Below, piece by piece: positions 11,896 through 25,431 of a stretch of DNA of 63,740 nt. The notes below the pieces were generated by a model. It was not told where the DNA came from, made no database searches, and was given only the letters and a program-made list of their open reading frames with translations. This stretch comes from Octopus bimaculoides (Eukaryota). How positions within the stretch are numbered: position 1 is the stretch's first letter; each line of letters opens with the position of its first letter. Location: contig NC_068981.1 of assembly GCF_001194135.2 (NCBI RefSeq), positions 188,631,045 to 188,694,784 on the forward strand. The letters are read 5' to 3'. The translations under genes were made by a program, and so were the position numbers.

Positions 11896-11904
11896 TGTGT
11901 GTGT

Positions 11905-12505
11905 GTGTGTGTGTGTGTCCCAACATTGTTTGATAAGTGGTGCTAGTGCATTTATGTCCCCATAACTTAGAGGTTCAGCAAAAGAGATCAATAGAGAAAG
12001 TACTAGGCTTACAAAGAAAAAGTCCCCGGGTTGATTTGTTTGACTAAAGGTGGTGCTCCAGCGTGGCCACAGTCAAATGACTGAAACAAATAAGGGAATG
12101 TACATATAGTAAGTAGCTTGCTTACCAACCACATGGTTCCAGGTTCAGTCCCACTGCGTGGCACCTTGGGCAAGTGCCTTCCACTATAGCCTTGGGCCGA
12201 CCAAAGTCTTGTCAGTGGATTTGGTAGACAGAAACTGAAAAAAGCCCATCGAATATATGTATATATACATGTGTGTGTGTGTGTGTGTTTGTGTGTCTGC
12301 GTTTGTCCCCCAACATCGCTTGACAACCGATGCTGGTGTGTTTGCGTCCCTGTACCTTAGCGGTTCAGCAAAAGAGACCGATAGAATAAGTACTAGGCTT
12401 ACAAAGAATAAGTCCTGGGATCGATTTGATCGACTAAAGGCGGTGCTCCAGCATGGCCGCAGTCAAATGACTGAAACAAGTAAAAGAGTAAAAGAGAGTA
12501 AAGAG
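11905..12505 (+). mobile_element. SINE family B: 3' half plus near full-length copy
   Basis: Tail at ~11905-12095, then head-(TA/TG)n-tail at ~12105-12505 ending GTAAAAGAGTAAAAGAG. Confidence 0.88.
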
Positions 12506-12653
12506 TATATGCTTCTTGTGTATATTTGCATATATGTGCATAGCTGTGTCTATCTTAATCTTTCCTGTTCTCAGTATGCATCCGTCACTCTCTTTGTACA
12601 AGTGTGAATATGAGTACACATGGTCTCCTCTGTGTCTGTGCATGTATACATAC

Positions 12654-12691
<38 letters not shown>

Positions 12692-12875
12692 TTTACTGTT
12701 AAGATCAACAAAAAAGTACTCCATCCAGTCAGAGATGAATATCATTTAATGTATACAGTATACAGGTACAAGCTATTAAGCAAAAAACTATTAGTAGCTC
12801 TTTTTTTTATACTGTGTACATTAAATGATATATGTATGTATGTATGTATTGTGTACGTGTATGTATATATGTACA

Positions 12876-13374
12876 NNNNNNNNNNNNNNNNNNNNNNNNN
12901 NNNNNNNNNNNNNNNNNNNNNNNNNNNNNNNNNNNNNNNNNNNNNNNNNNNNNNNNNNNNNNNNNNNNNNNNNNNNNNNNNNNNNNNNNNNNNNNNNNNN
13001 NNNNNNNNNNNNNNNNNNNNNNNNNNNNNNNNNNNNNNNNNNNNNNNNNNNNNNNNNNNNNNNNNNNNNNNNNNNNNNNNNNNNNNNNNNNNNNNNNNNN
13101 NNNNNNNNNNNNNNNNNNNNNNNNNNNNNNNNNNNNNNNNNNNNNNNNNNNNNNNNNNNNNNNNNNNNNNNNNNNNNNNNNNNNNNNNNNNNNNNNNNNN
13201 NNNNNNNNNNNNNNNNNNNNNNNNNNNNNNNNNNNNNNNNNNNNNNNNNNNNNNNNNNNNNNNNNNNNNNNNNNNNNNNNNNNNNNNNNNNNNNNNNNNN
13301 NNNNNNNNNNNNNNNNNNNNNNNNNNNNNNNNNNNNNNNNNNNNNNNNNNNNNNNNNNNNNNNNNNNNNNNNNN
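12876..13374. other. Assembly gap (N run)
   Basis: Ns preceded by (TA/TG)n; the ORFs spanning it are artefacts. Confidence 1.
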
Positions 13375-13794
13375 GAAGAATACATAAGACTCGGCTATGT
13401 CAAGATGGACTTATGTATTCTTCCTCACATTTGGATTTTTATGTATTCTCTCTCCCACTTGGATTTGAAATGTTGCCACATTTATAATATGTCTTTTCTA
13501 CAGTAATTTTTTCTGCATTTTCGTGCAGCTGAAGATTGCTCTTCATATTGCATTTAAGGTAATGCTCGCATTACTTAAATAAATTGAAGTAGCATGAAAC
13601 GTGCGTACTGCAATCACCTTTGAAATCTGTGTTGCTTATTTTTTTATTTTAATCACCTATCCCTTTGGGATGCAATATTCGGGTGCCTACGCATAAGTAC
13701 CATATTCAAGCCTTGAATCTATATCTAAACCGTCTATAAATATATATATATTTCAGTTAGTATGTATAATACAGCAATCTGTATATCTAACATG

Positions 13795-13975
13795 GATATA
13801 CTGTAAGAAAGCCACAAAACTGCATTATTCATCGAGAGAAAGCATCTCGTATAGATATATAGTGCTAAGCAGTGCAGAAATGTATCAGTAATGAACAAAA
13901 AAGTGTCCAGCAGCATCAGCAGAAGTAGAATTGCTAGATCTGGGAATTCTGCATTTTTACGTGCTATCAGTAATA
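13795..13975 (-). pseudogene. Possible hAT C-terminal dimerisation-domain remnant
   Basis: Minus strand WI..KNAEFPDLA then STIYLYE..FLSMNN across frameshifts resembles FW....EYP.LA...LL.F.TTYLCE..FS.M. Confidence 0.3.
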
Positions 13976-14014
13976 TCCACTATCAGTGCATGTTTTAGAC
14001 AAGCCCACACACTT

Positions 14015-14670
14015 CTTTTATCGTTTGCTTGTTTCAGTCATTAGTCTGCAGCCATCCTGTGGAACTGCTTTCAAGAATTTTTAATCAAACAAATCAAGCC
14101 CAGTATTTATGCTTTTGTTAGCTTGAGACCTATTCCCTCAGTCTCTTTCACTGAACTGCTAAGTTGCAGGGACGCAAACACATCAACACCACCAGTTGTA
14201 AATGGTGTTAGGGGACAATCACAGGCACAAAGGCTAGCACACACATGGAGTAGATGAAACAGGGACAACTGACGAAGGAGTATATTCTTTATGTTGCATG
14301 TCTTGTTTCTCTGTTTGTTTGTTTTTTGTTGTTTGAAAAAAAAGTTTCTTTTCTATGTTTTTGTTTTTATGTTTTCGTTTCTCATTGTGTTCAACGTTTT
14401 TTTTTTCATGTCCTGCACCCATATATGCATGTATATATACATATATATGTAGGTATGTACATATATGTATGGATATATGCATATATTTATATATTATTTA
14501 TATTATATATACAACAGGCTTCTTTCAGTTCCTGGCTACAAATTTTGCTTACAGGGTTTTGGTTAGCCCAAGCTTATAGTAAAAGACACTTACTGAAGTT
14601 GCTATGCATCAGGACTGAACTCAGAAGCATGTGGTTGGGAAGCAAATTTCTTGCCACACAGCCATGCATA
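14015..14670 (-). mobile_element. SINE family B, diverged full-length copy
   Basis: Tail at ~14015-14230 and head at ~14505-14670 in reverse orientation, with an expanded internal microsatellite region. Confidence 0.75.
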
Positions 14671-14786
14671 CACCTAAATGAAGTGCTATGATTTCATATA
14701 TAAATAGAACATATGGCTTTTAAATTTTATGGTAGCTGGTTCTAGTACCTAGTTCTACTGAATCCTTATAAATAATTGTTATATAT

Positions 14787-14825
<39 letters not shown>

Positions 14826-14912
14826 GAAAGAGAGAGAGAGAGATAAATACCTGGAAATGTACATGTCAATAAGGCATGTGCATACATACATACTACTTGA
14901 TATATAATATCT

Positions 14913-15205
14913 NNNNNNNNNNNNNNNNNNNNNNNNNNNNNNNNNNNNNNNNNNNNNNNNNNNNNNNNNNNNNNNNNNNNNNNNNNNNNNNNNNNNNNNN
15001 NNNNNNNNNNNNNNNNNNNNNNNNNNNNNNNNNNNNNNNNNNNNNNNNNNNNNNNNNNNNNNNNNNNNNNNNNNNNNNNNNNNNNNNNNNNNNNNNNNNN
15101 NNNNNNNNNNNNNNNNNNNNNNNNNNNNNNNNNNNNNNNNNNNNNNNNNNNNNNNNNNNNNNNNNNNNNNNNNNNNNNNNNNNNNNNNNNNNNNNNNNNN
15201 NNNNN
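14913..15205. other. Assembly gap (N run)
   Basis: Ns; followed by a SINE A variant tail (15206-15300). Confidence 1.
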
Positions 15206-16704
15206 ACCAAGGGTCAATATAATTGACCTAATCCGTTTTTCTGTCCTTGTTTGTCCCCTCTATGTGTAGCCCCTTGTGGGCAGTAAAGAAATAAGAAAAT
15301 GGAGGGAATCCAGAGGTAGTATTCATCAGCTGTTAGACATTATATTATGTCTATTTATTTATTTTAAACAGTTCAGATAATATATAAATACATTTGTAAA
15401 GTACAAGTAATTTCTAGAATAGAGAAAGAAGAGCAGTTTCTTACAGTTGTTTCTACCAAGAGGTCACAGTACCCCACATGTTATTTCCATCTTTTCAGTG
15501 TACTCTAGTAATCTGTAGATAAAATTAGGGTACTTGTGTATACCTCTAGGCTTTGTCAGAGAGTTTTTCATAAGATAGTCCAAGAAGTTTATATATATAT
15601 ATATATATATATAAAAATACACAAGTTTACGCATATACTCAAATATGCACATATAAAAATATATGCACACATATGTACATATATGTCTATTACATAATCT
15701 GTAATGATATTACTTGTAGGCCACAGTTATTATTGAAATATTCGATACAAAATCAGAAGCATATCATTTATTAATAGTAAGATAAATCTACAAATAATTT
15801 TGTTTCACCAAATATGAATTTTCAAAGTTTGATAAATAAAAATATTAATATCATGAATTTCAAACCACCAGTAGATAGAACAAATAAAATAATACTGAAA
15901 AAAAAAACTTGCATGAGAAGTCATGTGATGTCTTCATAAGGCAGGAAAGAAAAAGATATATAAAGTATTTTAAAATCAGATAAAACCAGAAAAATAATGT
16001 GAAAAAATAACTGCCCTTTGATGAAATAGTAGTTAGTGTATATGTAATGTCACTATTTATTTACAAATATAATTGCAAATGATTAACATTCAGAAAAATC
16101 TACTATTTTGTGAGAGTTTGGTTGCGTGTGTACGTGTGTTGCATTGAATACTTGTCTGTGTTAATGTTTTATCTTTCTATCAAGGTTTTTTTCATGTTAT
16201 TAGTGAGACATCACGTCTGTTTTCACCAGTGACAGATATATCACGTCCTTCTACACCAAAGACACAACTGCATATACTCACATGGTAGCAGCAAATGTCC
16301 ATAACACAGACAGAAAATTATAATTCTTACATAGAAGAATATTTAGAATCTCCTTCATAAATAAAGCAGTAAAAAAATCCACAAAATAAAACAAACATTG
16401 GTCAACAAGTCAACTCTAATACATTAATAAACTAAGCTACAGAATAACATAAAAATACACTGACAAAATCCATCCAATATCATACTTATTAAAAATAGTA
16501 ATTATTCATAAAGTATATATGAATCAAATGCTGGCCATCTTTGGAATAAGTGTACACATTACTAAAGACCACATAAACAAAGCTGGCAAGTGAGGTTTGT
16601 AGGCAAAAACCGAACACATTATATAAAACTTCATGAGAAAAACACAAACTGTATGATAACAGATTATAAACTAACACAATATGTTTCTCCTCACAATAGG
16701 GATA

Positions 16705-16840
16705 GGAGTGGTTGTGCGGTAAGTAGCTTGCTTACGAACCACATGGTTCTGGGTTCAGTCCCACTGCATGGCATCTTGGCCAAGTGTCTTCTACTACAGC
16801 CTCGGGCCGACCAAAGCCTTGTGAGTGGAAGCCCATCGTA

Positions 16841-16905
<65 letters not shown>

Positions 16906-17100
16906 CTGTGTTTGTCCCCCCAACATTGCTTGACAACTGATGCTGGTGTGTTTACACCCCCGTTACTTAGCGGTTCGGCAAAAGAGACCGATAGAATAAG
17001 TACTAGGCTTACAAAGAATAAGTCCTGGGGTCGATTTGCTCGACTAAAGGTGGTGCACCAGCATGGCCACAGTCAAATGACTAAAACAAGTAAAAGAGAG
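16705..17100 (+). mobile_element. SINE family B full-length
   Basis: GGAGTGGTTGTGCGGTAAGTAGCTTGC head, internal (TA)n, tail ..GACTAAAACAAGTAAAAGAG. Confidence 0.9.
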
Positions 17101-17651
17101 TACAATATATTTAAAACTACACACCATCCACTCACCCACACCTCATTATCCCATGCCACTACATTCTCATACATGCACACCTGCATAGACCCTATACCAC
17201 ACACACATACACATCTCCCATTATATCCATCGCTAAGCATAGCTACCCTCCTATACATGCACATATAATCCCAGCTCCTCTTTCCTTCTTTCCAAACTGT
17301 CCCCACTGAACTGCATGCCCATCTGGTTCCTAAGCCCTTTTTCCTAGCCACCTTTTCTTTTTCTTTCCTTTTTTTCTCATCAGCTTTCTCATTTTTTTTT
17401 CTGATGAAGAACTAGTGTCCAAAGCGTTAAGACTCTCTTCTTTTAGAGCATTAAGCTAATTCAGTATTTGTTAAAACTTATCCCTCTCATGCTCTCTTCT
17501 TTTTTGAGCTCATTTTCTAATATATGTATACATAATAACCTGTTCTCACCTGAAGATTACAAAAACATGAAACTCAAATCATGAGGTAAAATTTCAGTTT
17601 CAGTAAACTATATGTGTGTGTGTATGCACACATATACACACACACACATGG

Positions 17652-17687
<36 letters not shown>

Positions 17688-18099
17688 NNNNNNNNNNNNN
17701 NNNNNNNNNNNNNNNNNNNNNNNNNNNNNNNNNNNNNNNNNNNNNNNNNNNNNNNNNNNNNNNNNNNNNNNNNNNNNNNNNNNNNNNNNNNNNNNNNNNN
17801 NNNNNNNNNNNNNNNNNNNNNNNNNNNNNNNNNNNNNNNNNNNNNNNNNNNNNNNNNNNNNNNNNNNNNNNNNNNNNNNNNNNNNNNNNNNNNNNNNNNN
17901 NNNNNNNNNNNNNNNNNNNNNNNNNNNNNNNNNNNNNNNNNNNNNNNNNNNNNNNNNNNNNNNNNNNNNNNNNNNNNNNNNNNNNNNNNNNNNNNNNNNN
18001 NNNNNNNNNNNNNNNNNNNNNNNNNNNNNNNNNNNNNNNNNNNNNNNNNNNNNNNNNNNNNNNNNNNNNNNNNNNNNNNNNNNNNNNNNNNNNNNNNNN
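17688..18099. other. Assembly gap (N run)
   Basis: Ns after (TA)n. Confidence 1.
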
Positions 18100-18109
18100 A
18101 GTGCAATCG

Positions 18110-18435
18110 TTTCCAGCTTCACCTTATTGGCACTTGTGCTGGTGGCATGTGAACAAAACATTGGACTGACTCCTTTGCAGGTGGCATGTAAAAAAAACAT
18201 CATTTGAGCGTGGCCGTTGCTAGTACCGCCGGACTGGCCCTCGTGCCGGCCCACATGTAAAAAGCACCCACTACACTCTCAGAGTGGTTGGTGTTAGGAA
18301 GGGCCTCCAGCTGTAGAAATTCTGCCAGATCAGATTGGAGCCTGGTGCAGCAATCTGGTTTGCCAGTCCTCAGTCAAATCGTCCAACCCATGCTAGCATG
18401 GAAAGCGGACGTTAAATGAAATGATGATGATGAAT
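18110..18435 (+). mobile_element. RTE-type 3' UTR/tail copy
   Basis: GGCATGTAAAA units, then ..CAAATCGTCCAACCCATGCTAGCATGGAAAGCGGACGTTAAATGAAATGATG. Confidence 0.85.
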
Positions 18436-19254
18436 GATCAGGTACTGTAAACGAAATGTAACTAAAAAGCAGACCATAGAGTTTATGATCTTTTACTTAT
18501 GATGGATATCCTTCCGATTACATAACTACCAATAAAACCAAGCCATAAAAACACCCTGTTATAAAATATTTAAATACAATAATGTACAGATGCATGCACA
18601 CCTATGTTAAACAGTTGCAGTGACAGGTACACACAGTTTGGCAGGCATACACACATAGACATCTGTATAGACAAGTAGAAGAAAAATACACGTAGACTGC
18701 ATAGCACAAATATAACTGCTGTTCAGAATGCTTGACTTATAATTCAAACAGAATAAGAAAAGATTTACCGCTATCCTGATTTTAAAAATCAATAGCTTAT
18801 AGATATATACATACATATGTACATACATACATACATATATATATATATGTGTGTATGTATATATATTAATGTGTTAACTTTAGCAAAGAACTGGAAGCTA
18901 TAGAAAATATTTATATTTCTCAGTCTTATACAGAGTAATGTAAAAACAGATAATATTTGTCTGACACTAGTAAAACACACTTTGCATAGACAGTGTATAT
19001 GTATGTGTGCTTTCATCACTCTCCACACAACTAAACACACTCTCTCACTGATCACAAACATATATACACACACACTCATTGACAAAACCTGTACCTGAAT
19101 CACATACAGATATTTTATCCTGTCTCTGTACTTCTTATCACTTACCATAAAGTTCCACAGACACAATAATAACTCACACTTATACACACACACACACACA
19201 CACGTGCTTTGTTCTTTCAACCATTTCATGTCCCTCACCTTAATCTTTTGTCTT

Positions 19255-19448
19255 TTGTCATTTACTTGTTTCAGTCATTAGACTGCGGCCATTTTGGGAC
19301 ACTGTCTTGAAGAAGTTTTAGTGGAATAAATCAACCCTGGTTTTTATTATTTTTTTTCATTTTTGGCCTGGTATTTTTTGTATTGGTCTGTTATGGGGAA
19401 TTAAACACACCAACACTGGTTGTCAATCAGTGGTGGGGGACAAACATA

Positions 19449-19490
<42 letters not shown>

Positions 19491-19580
19491 ACAGGCTTCT
19501 TTCAATTTCTATCTCTCAAATCCATTTACAAGGCTGTAGTAGAAGACACTTGCCCAAGGTGCCATGCAGTGGGACTGAAC
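19255..19580 (-). mobile_element. SINE family B, internally shortened
   Basis: Reverse-complement tail, (CA)n and head remnants. Confidence 0.75.
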
Positions 19581-19712
19581 AGACACACAAAAATAAACAC
19601 AGACTTGCTTAACTCCATACAAGTTCTCATGTTTAACCAAAACTTACTTTTAGCTGTACACACATAAAAACGCTGTTCATATTGCACATGCTCTCTACCC
19701 CTTCCCCAAAAT

Positions 19713-19749
<37 letters not shown>

Positions 19750-19840
19750 TGTACAGCCTCACACATACACCACCCAGTTTACACACACAAACACACAAAT
19801 ACAAAAACCAATCCACATGCAGACATGCTCTATCACAAGC

Positions 19841-19911
19841 CCCACCTACATACCAGCCCCCACCTACCTTCACCAGCCCCCACCTACCTTCGCCAGCCCC
19901 ACCTACCTTCC
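19841..19911. repeat. ~20-bp C-rich minisatellite (CCAGCCCCCACCTACCTTCA x~3.5)
   Basis: Directly visible tandem units. Confidence 0.85.
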
Positions 19912-19995
19912 TGACTGCACCTCATGACATTTCCTCCCTGCTTTTATAGCCTGCTGTCTTCCCTTGCCTTTATCCACCCTTACTTTTATTACGTT

Positions 19996-20216
19996 TAAGG
20001 TGGTGAGCTGACAGAATCATTACTTCACCAGAAAATATGCTTAGCAGTATTTCTTCCAACTTTATGTTTCGAGTTCAAATGCTACTGGGGTCGACTTTGC
20101 CTTTTATCTTTCCAGGGTCAATGAAATAAGTACCAGTTACATACTGGGGTCGATATATTTACTTGCACCCTCTCCAAAATTGCTGGCCTTGTGTCAAGAT
20201 TTGAAACCAATATTAC
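19996..20216 (+). mobile_element. SINE family A
   Basis: AAGGTGGTGAGCTGACAGAATC head and GACTTTGCCTTTTATCTTTCCAGGGTC core. Confidence 0.85.
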
Positions 20217-20339
20217 TATATTTTCAGACATTCACCCTCTCTTTGTTCCTGTTTTCCATTTTTGTTGTCTTTTCTCTCAGAAGAATAACTTTTGGTTGAA
20301 ACACCAGTCACTTGATTCTTTTTACAAGCATTAAAATTA

Positions 20340-20340
20340 T

Positions 20341-20373
<33 letters not shown>

Positions 20374-20975
20374 GTTTAATGTCTGCTTTCCATGCTGGCA
20401 TGGATCGGATGGTTTAACTGAGGACGGGCAAGTCAGGAGGCTGCTCCAGGCTCTGATCTGATCTGGCAAGGTTTCTACACCTAGGTACCCTTCCAAATGC
20501 CAACCACTCCAAGAGTTTAGTGGGTGCTTTTTACATGCCACTGGCACAGGAGCCAGTAAGGTGGCACTGGCATCGACCATGCTCGAATGATGCTTTTTAT
20601 GTGCCACCAGCACAGGAGCCAGTCAGGCAGCATTTGTTCTTTATGTGTTTGATGTCGCTGGCATGTGAAAAGCTTCTTTTGAGTGTTGGGCCGTACGGAG
20701 GCAATGACCAAGACCTTTGGCATTATGTCATGCTTGAGAAGAAGACCAATCAAGCCAAGTAAAATCACAGTCATGGCAGATACCAGTGCCACGCAAATGG
20801 CACCTGTGCCAGTGGAATGTAAAAGCACCCCTTACACTCTCAGAGTGGTTGGCATTAGGAAAGGCATCAGGCCATAGAAAACCATGTCAAATCAGACTGG
20901 AGTCTGGTGCAGCTTTCCAGTATGCCAACCCTGGTCAAACCATCCAACCTATTGACAATGGATGCTAAATGATGA
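20340..20975. mobile_element. Two RTE 3' ends arranged head-to-head
   Basis: Minus copy at ~20340-20680 with (CAT)n at left. Plus copy at ~20690-20975 includes the ORF end GNDQDLWHYVMLEKKTNQAK* and a (GAT)n tail. Confidence 0.8.
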
Positions 20976-21014
20976 TAATATATATGTGTGTGCGTTTGTG
21001 TGTGTATGTATTCA

Positions 21015-21150
21015 GGTGTGGCTGCGAAGTTTGCTTCCCAACCGCATGGTTTCAGGTTCAGTCCCACTGTGTGGCACCTTGAACAAAAGTCTATTACAGC
21101 ACTGGGCTAACCACAGCCTTGTGAGTGTATCTAGCTCATTGACAGAAACT
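21015..21150 (+). mobile_element. SINE family B head
   Basis: GGTTTCAGGTTCAGTCCCACTGTGTGGCACCTTG. Confidence 0.8.
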
Positions 21151-22814
21151 GTATGATAGTTGTAAACAAAATACATACATACACACAAACACAAACATAC
21201 ACACACACATACATACATAACATAACATGACATAATATCTGGACTAACTGAATGAAAAATTAATTGAATTCATATAAATATATGCCATACCTGAACACAA
21301 TCATGTTTTTCAAAACTGGTCACATTCTTAATGACATGACAGAAGCCATCTTCAATTAGTGTATTTCAAAAATCACCCAAGTTATACATTGTGAATAAAT
21401 GAATTTCAAAGTCACTCAAGTTATACATTTTCTCTGCTTGTTTAAAAGTGTCCATAAATTAAATGACAATTATCTTTGTCTTCAATTTTGGATCTTTTGA
21501 TGTGTGAACTTCATAAAGAGCAGCAGCAGTGTAGGAGTTAACTAGGCTCATTCCCAGAGAATCATGATTGCTTCGAACTTACATACACTTACCGTGTACC
21601 CTTACGAGTGAGGAAACTACAAAAGTGGCGCATGATACTTCAACTATTTGCAATCTTTCTTTATATCTGTTATCCATGAACCACATTGCAGAAGAAGGTA
21701 TCTGTGCAATGAAGCTTTATAGGGGTATTGAGGGCGGTGTTCATTTCTCAGTTTCCCTGTCTTCACTGGTTAGAAATAGATCTGATGATAACGGTGACCC
21801 TAGATGCAGGAAACTGCCAAAAGTCCAATCTGTCTGAAACTATCTTATAGCTAATTGTCCCCGCTTGTTATTGATTCAGTGTGTACTTCTCTTACCTTTG
21901 TCTTCCTCAACTCATTCATAAAGCTGCAGTGCAGTGCTGTTAGGTCACTGCCACCACAACTAAGGTGTGTGATCCAGGGTATATCACTCCCTAAATGGTC
22001 TTACAACATGTTTATTCACCATCCTGAGTATTTCCATATCACCTTTGCAAATTCATATTCCCTACTCACAACAAATCCATAATTCTCAAGGTTTCAAAAT
22101 TTGGTTCAACCTTCACAGAATTCAATTAACTTTGATTTATGTGTTGAATATTTAGTGTAAAGTGCAGTGTATCAACAAGTACAGTTCAACTATACTCAGA
22201 GCTATTACTATATATCTATTATATCTCAAAATACATCAGGAATGCACTGTAAAGCCGAAATCATAATAAAGGGCTCATAAATTATTGATAGCTCTCTTTG
22301 TGTCTTCATGAATGCAGTCAGTTTTCAGAAAACATATGCCTTGAATTGTATCTTTTAAAATCCAGTTAGCATACAGAATGTTATATTCATTTATATCACC
22401 CTAAATCTAGATTATTGAGCCATTTGATGTATCTCCGCTTTATGATGCATTCCTCTAATGGCCAAAATACAAATCTAATGATGCAGAACTCTCACTAATG
22501 GTCAAATTCTGGTTGTAAAGTCTTTATTAACATAATTTGCCCACTTTAAAAGCAAGCAGTACAGAAAGCAACAGCACTCCATATCCTCAAGATATGGTTG
22601 AAATAGCCTGAAAACATTGAATAAAAAGTTATTTGAGATCTTTTATTGTTGTAGATGAACTATAATAGTGTGATATGCAGATATGAACAACTCTAATAAA
22701 AATGATTAAATTAGGACATAGCCATGTTTATAATATATAATGACTAAAAAAAGAAAAAGAAAGCTGTTCTCCATAAATACAAATGTCTTTATACACATAT
22801 TTACATTCTTTTTT

Positions 22815-23417
22815 CTTTTTATTTGTTTCAGTCATTGGACTGCAGCCATACTGGAGCACTGCCTTGGTTGGTTTAGCCAATCAAATCAATTCCAATGCTT
22901 ATTTTATTTTATTCTTTTTTTACATTTAGTACTTGTATTATATTGGTCTATTTTGCTGAACAGCTAAGTTACAGGGATGCAAACAAGCTAATGTCGATTG
23001 TCAAGCAGTGGCAGGGACAAAGATATACACACACACACATCATCATCATCATCTTCATCATATACATGTATATGATATACATGTATACATACACGCACAT
23101 AAATATACACAACAATTGTTCTAACATTTTCTGTCGACCAAATTCATTTGCAAGGGGTTAGTTGGCCTAGGGCTGCAGCAGAGGACCCTTGCCCATAGTG
23201 GGACTTAGCTCCCAACCACATAGTTGTGAAGTACACTTCTTAACCACACAGCCATGCCTGCCCCACCTCCCCTCCTCCTCACCCTTATATCTCTCCACAG
23301 GGCATCCAGCCATAAAATCAATGCCAAAACAGACACAGAAGCATGGTAGAGGCCCCAGTCTGGCCAGCTCTTGTCAAACCATCCAACCCATACCAGCATG
23401 GAAGGAGGACGTTAAAC

Positions 23418-23449
<32 letters not shown>

Positions 23450-24008
23450 CCTCTATCCCATCTAACCATCTCTCCTCACGTTCTTATGAAATTTTCCGCT
23501 TTGACCCCCCCCCCCCCAATCAGTCCAAACCTCTGTATCACTTCACCTGTATCCTCCCCCATTGCACCTTGATGCTATGTCCTGACACATAACCACCACC
23601 ATCTCTCTCACTCTCTCCATCCCTTTCTTTCTCTCTAAGCCCCTCACTCTTTCCCTTCTTCTCCCTCTGGAACATCTTTGTATCTCTTCTACAGCAAGAC
23701 ATCTCTCTCTCTCTCCCTATTATTCTTTTAACCTCTCACCAACTGGTATGAAGTTACCTCCCTCAATACTGTTCCCCATAATCAAAGGGACTTTGTCTTG
23801 GCTTGCAAGGTTACTTGGTGACCCTGCTGGAGCTGGTGTCACAAAAATGTTCCCATTACACTCTGTAAAGTTGGCATTAGAAAGGGCATCCAGCTGTAGA
23901 AACCAAGCCAAAATGGACAATAGAATATGACATAGCTCTCTGGGTTGCCAGCTCTTGTCAAACCATCCAACCTTTGGAGAATAGATGTTAAATGGTGATG
24001 ATGATGAT
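22815..24008. mobile_element. Cluster: SINE B (minus) and two RTE-type tails (plus)
   Basis: SINE B at ~22815-23250; tails at ~23290-23450 and ~23820-24008 ending (GAT)n. Confidence 0.75.
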
Positions 24009-25343
24009 ACACACACACACACACACATATTTGTTCATTTAATGTTCGTTTTTTTCCATGCTGATATAGCTTGGATGAAGACTTATTACTAAAGTACAGC
24101 TATACAACTGATTGTTCTTGTCACCCTCTCTTTAACTCTATCTCTCTCTCTTGTGTGTATATGTATGTGTTAGACTGTGACATATAGTTTGATATCAAAC
24201 ATTCTAATCTAATAATAATAATAATAATAATAGTAATAATAATAATTCTGATTTCTTAGAGTTTGTCATTTGTTTACAATAATAAAATTCTGTGATGTCT
24301 TTGCTAAAAGGTTAGGGTTGATCACATGTAATCACATTTCCAAATTTCCCATATGAACATAAAATGTTTCTGTGATGCTTTTGAAAACTTTTATGTCGAT
24401 ATCTTTATAACCTTTCAGCTATGGTTTTAGGAATTCAGGTTTGTAGCAATCATTGGATAACAGAAATGCTTTGGGGTATTTTATTATGGTTTATCACATT
24501 CTGAGTTCAAACCTGCTAAGGTCTACTTTGCCTTTCATCCTTCCAGGGTCAATAAAATAAAGTAGCTGTATTTAGAAATCAATATATCAGATTCAAAGAA
24601 AATAGCCATGAGTAAAATTACTCATCTCCCATATAAATTTATTTTCTCTTACTTTAATACCTATCTTATGCCTATTTCAGAATTGCATGAGGAATTAAAT
24701 TTTAATAATTTTCCTAAATTTATGACATTTTTCAGGTAAAATATTCAATATTAATGCAATAGATAATGAGTGTATAAAGAGAAATGTGTTCAGGCACAGA
24801 TTGGAGACCCTCAGGTATGGTTCATTGCATTGTCGCTTTATCCTTTGCATTTGCTACATAAATCCTAAGATAAATTTTGGGTCAGGAATTGCCAGGAATG
24901 TGTCCGACTAAATAAACTCTCAGAATGACTTTTGATGAGACAAAAGAGTATTTGTCCATTGCATTCAAATTAGCTCTGAGATATTTCTCAGTTATTTGTG
25001 TGATGCTGGATTGATGAAAGGCAAAATGGTTCGTGATGGGAATTGAATTTGGAAAACATCAAGAAGAAAACTAGATACTTTAGGCTATTTAATGGCAAAA
25101 AAAAAAAAGCATTACTTTTTCTGTCATCCTCTGAAATACATATAATAATAAAAGTTTCAGCCAGCTAAGCCATCGTTGTTTTGTAGTCTGGTGATGACTT
25201 AGTTGGCCGAAACTTCAAAGTCACTCTCAACAACACTCTTGCTTAAGAATTATAAATTAGTACTCAACAGAAATATAGAGTAACACATCAGATTAATGTA
25301 AAATTGCTCTTATTATAGCTGAACATAAAAACAAACATTATTA

Positions 25344-25380
<37 letters not shown>

Positions 25381-25431
25381 TATGAATATACACACACATA
25401 TATGTATATATACATATATACACATACACAC

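Noticed and set aside
12749-13506. Long ORFs spanning N runs (all six gaps, including the 395-408 aa ones at 56.3-57.6 kb)
   Set aside because: Their length comes from X codons in assembly gaps.
17545-17590. CTGAAGA..GAAAC with CTCAC/TGAG flanks
   Set aside because: Stem II cannot form; too degenerate to support.
21782-21815. CTGATGA..GAAAC hammerhead candidate
   Set aside because: No convincing stem II, stem I or NUH site.
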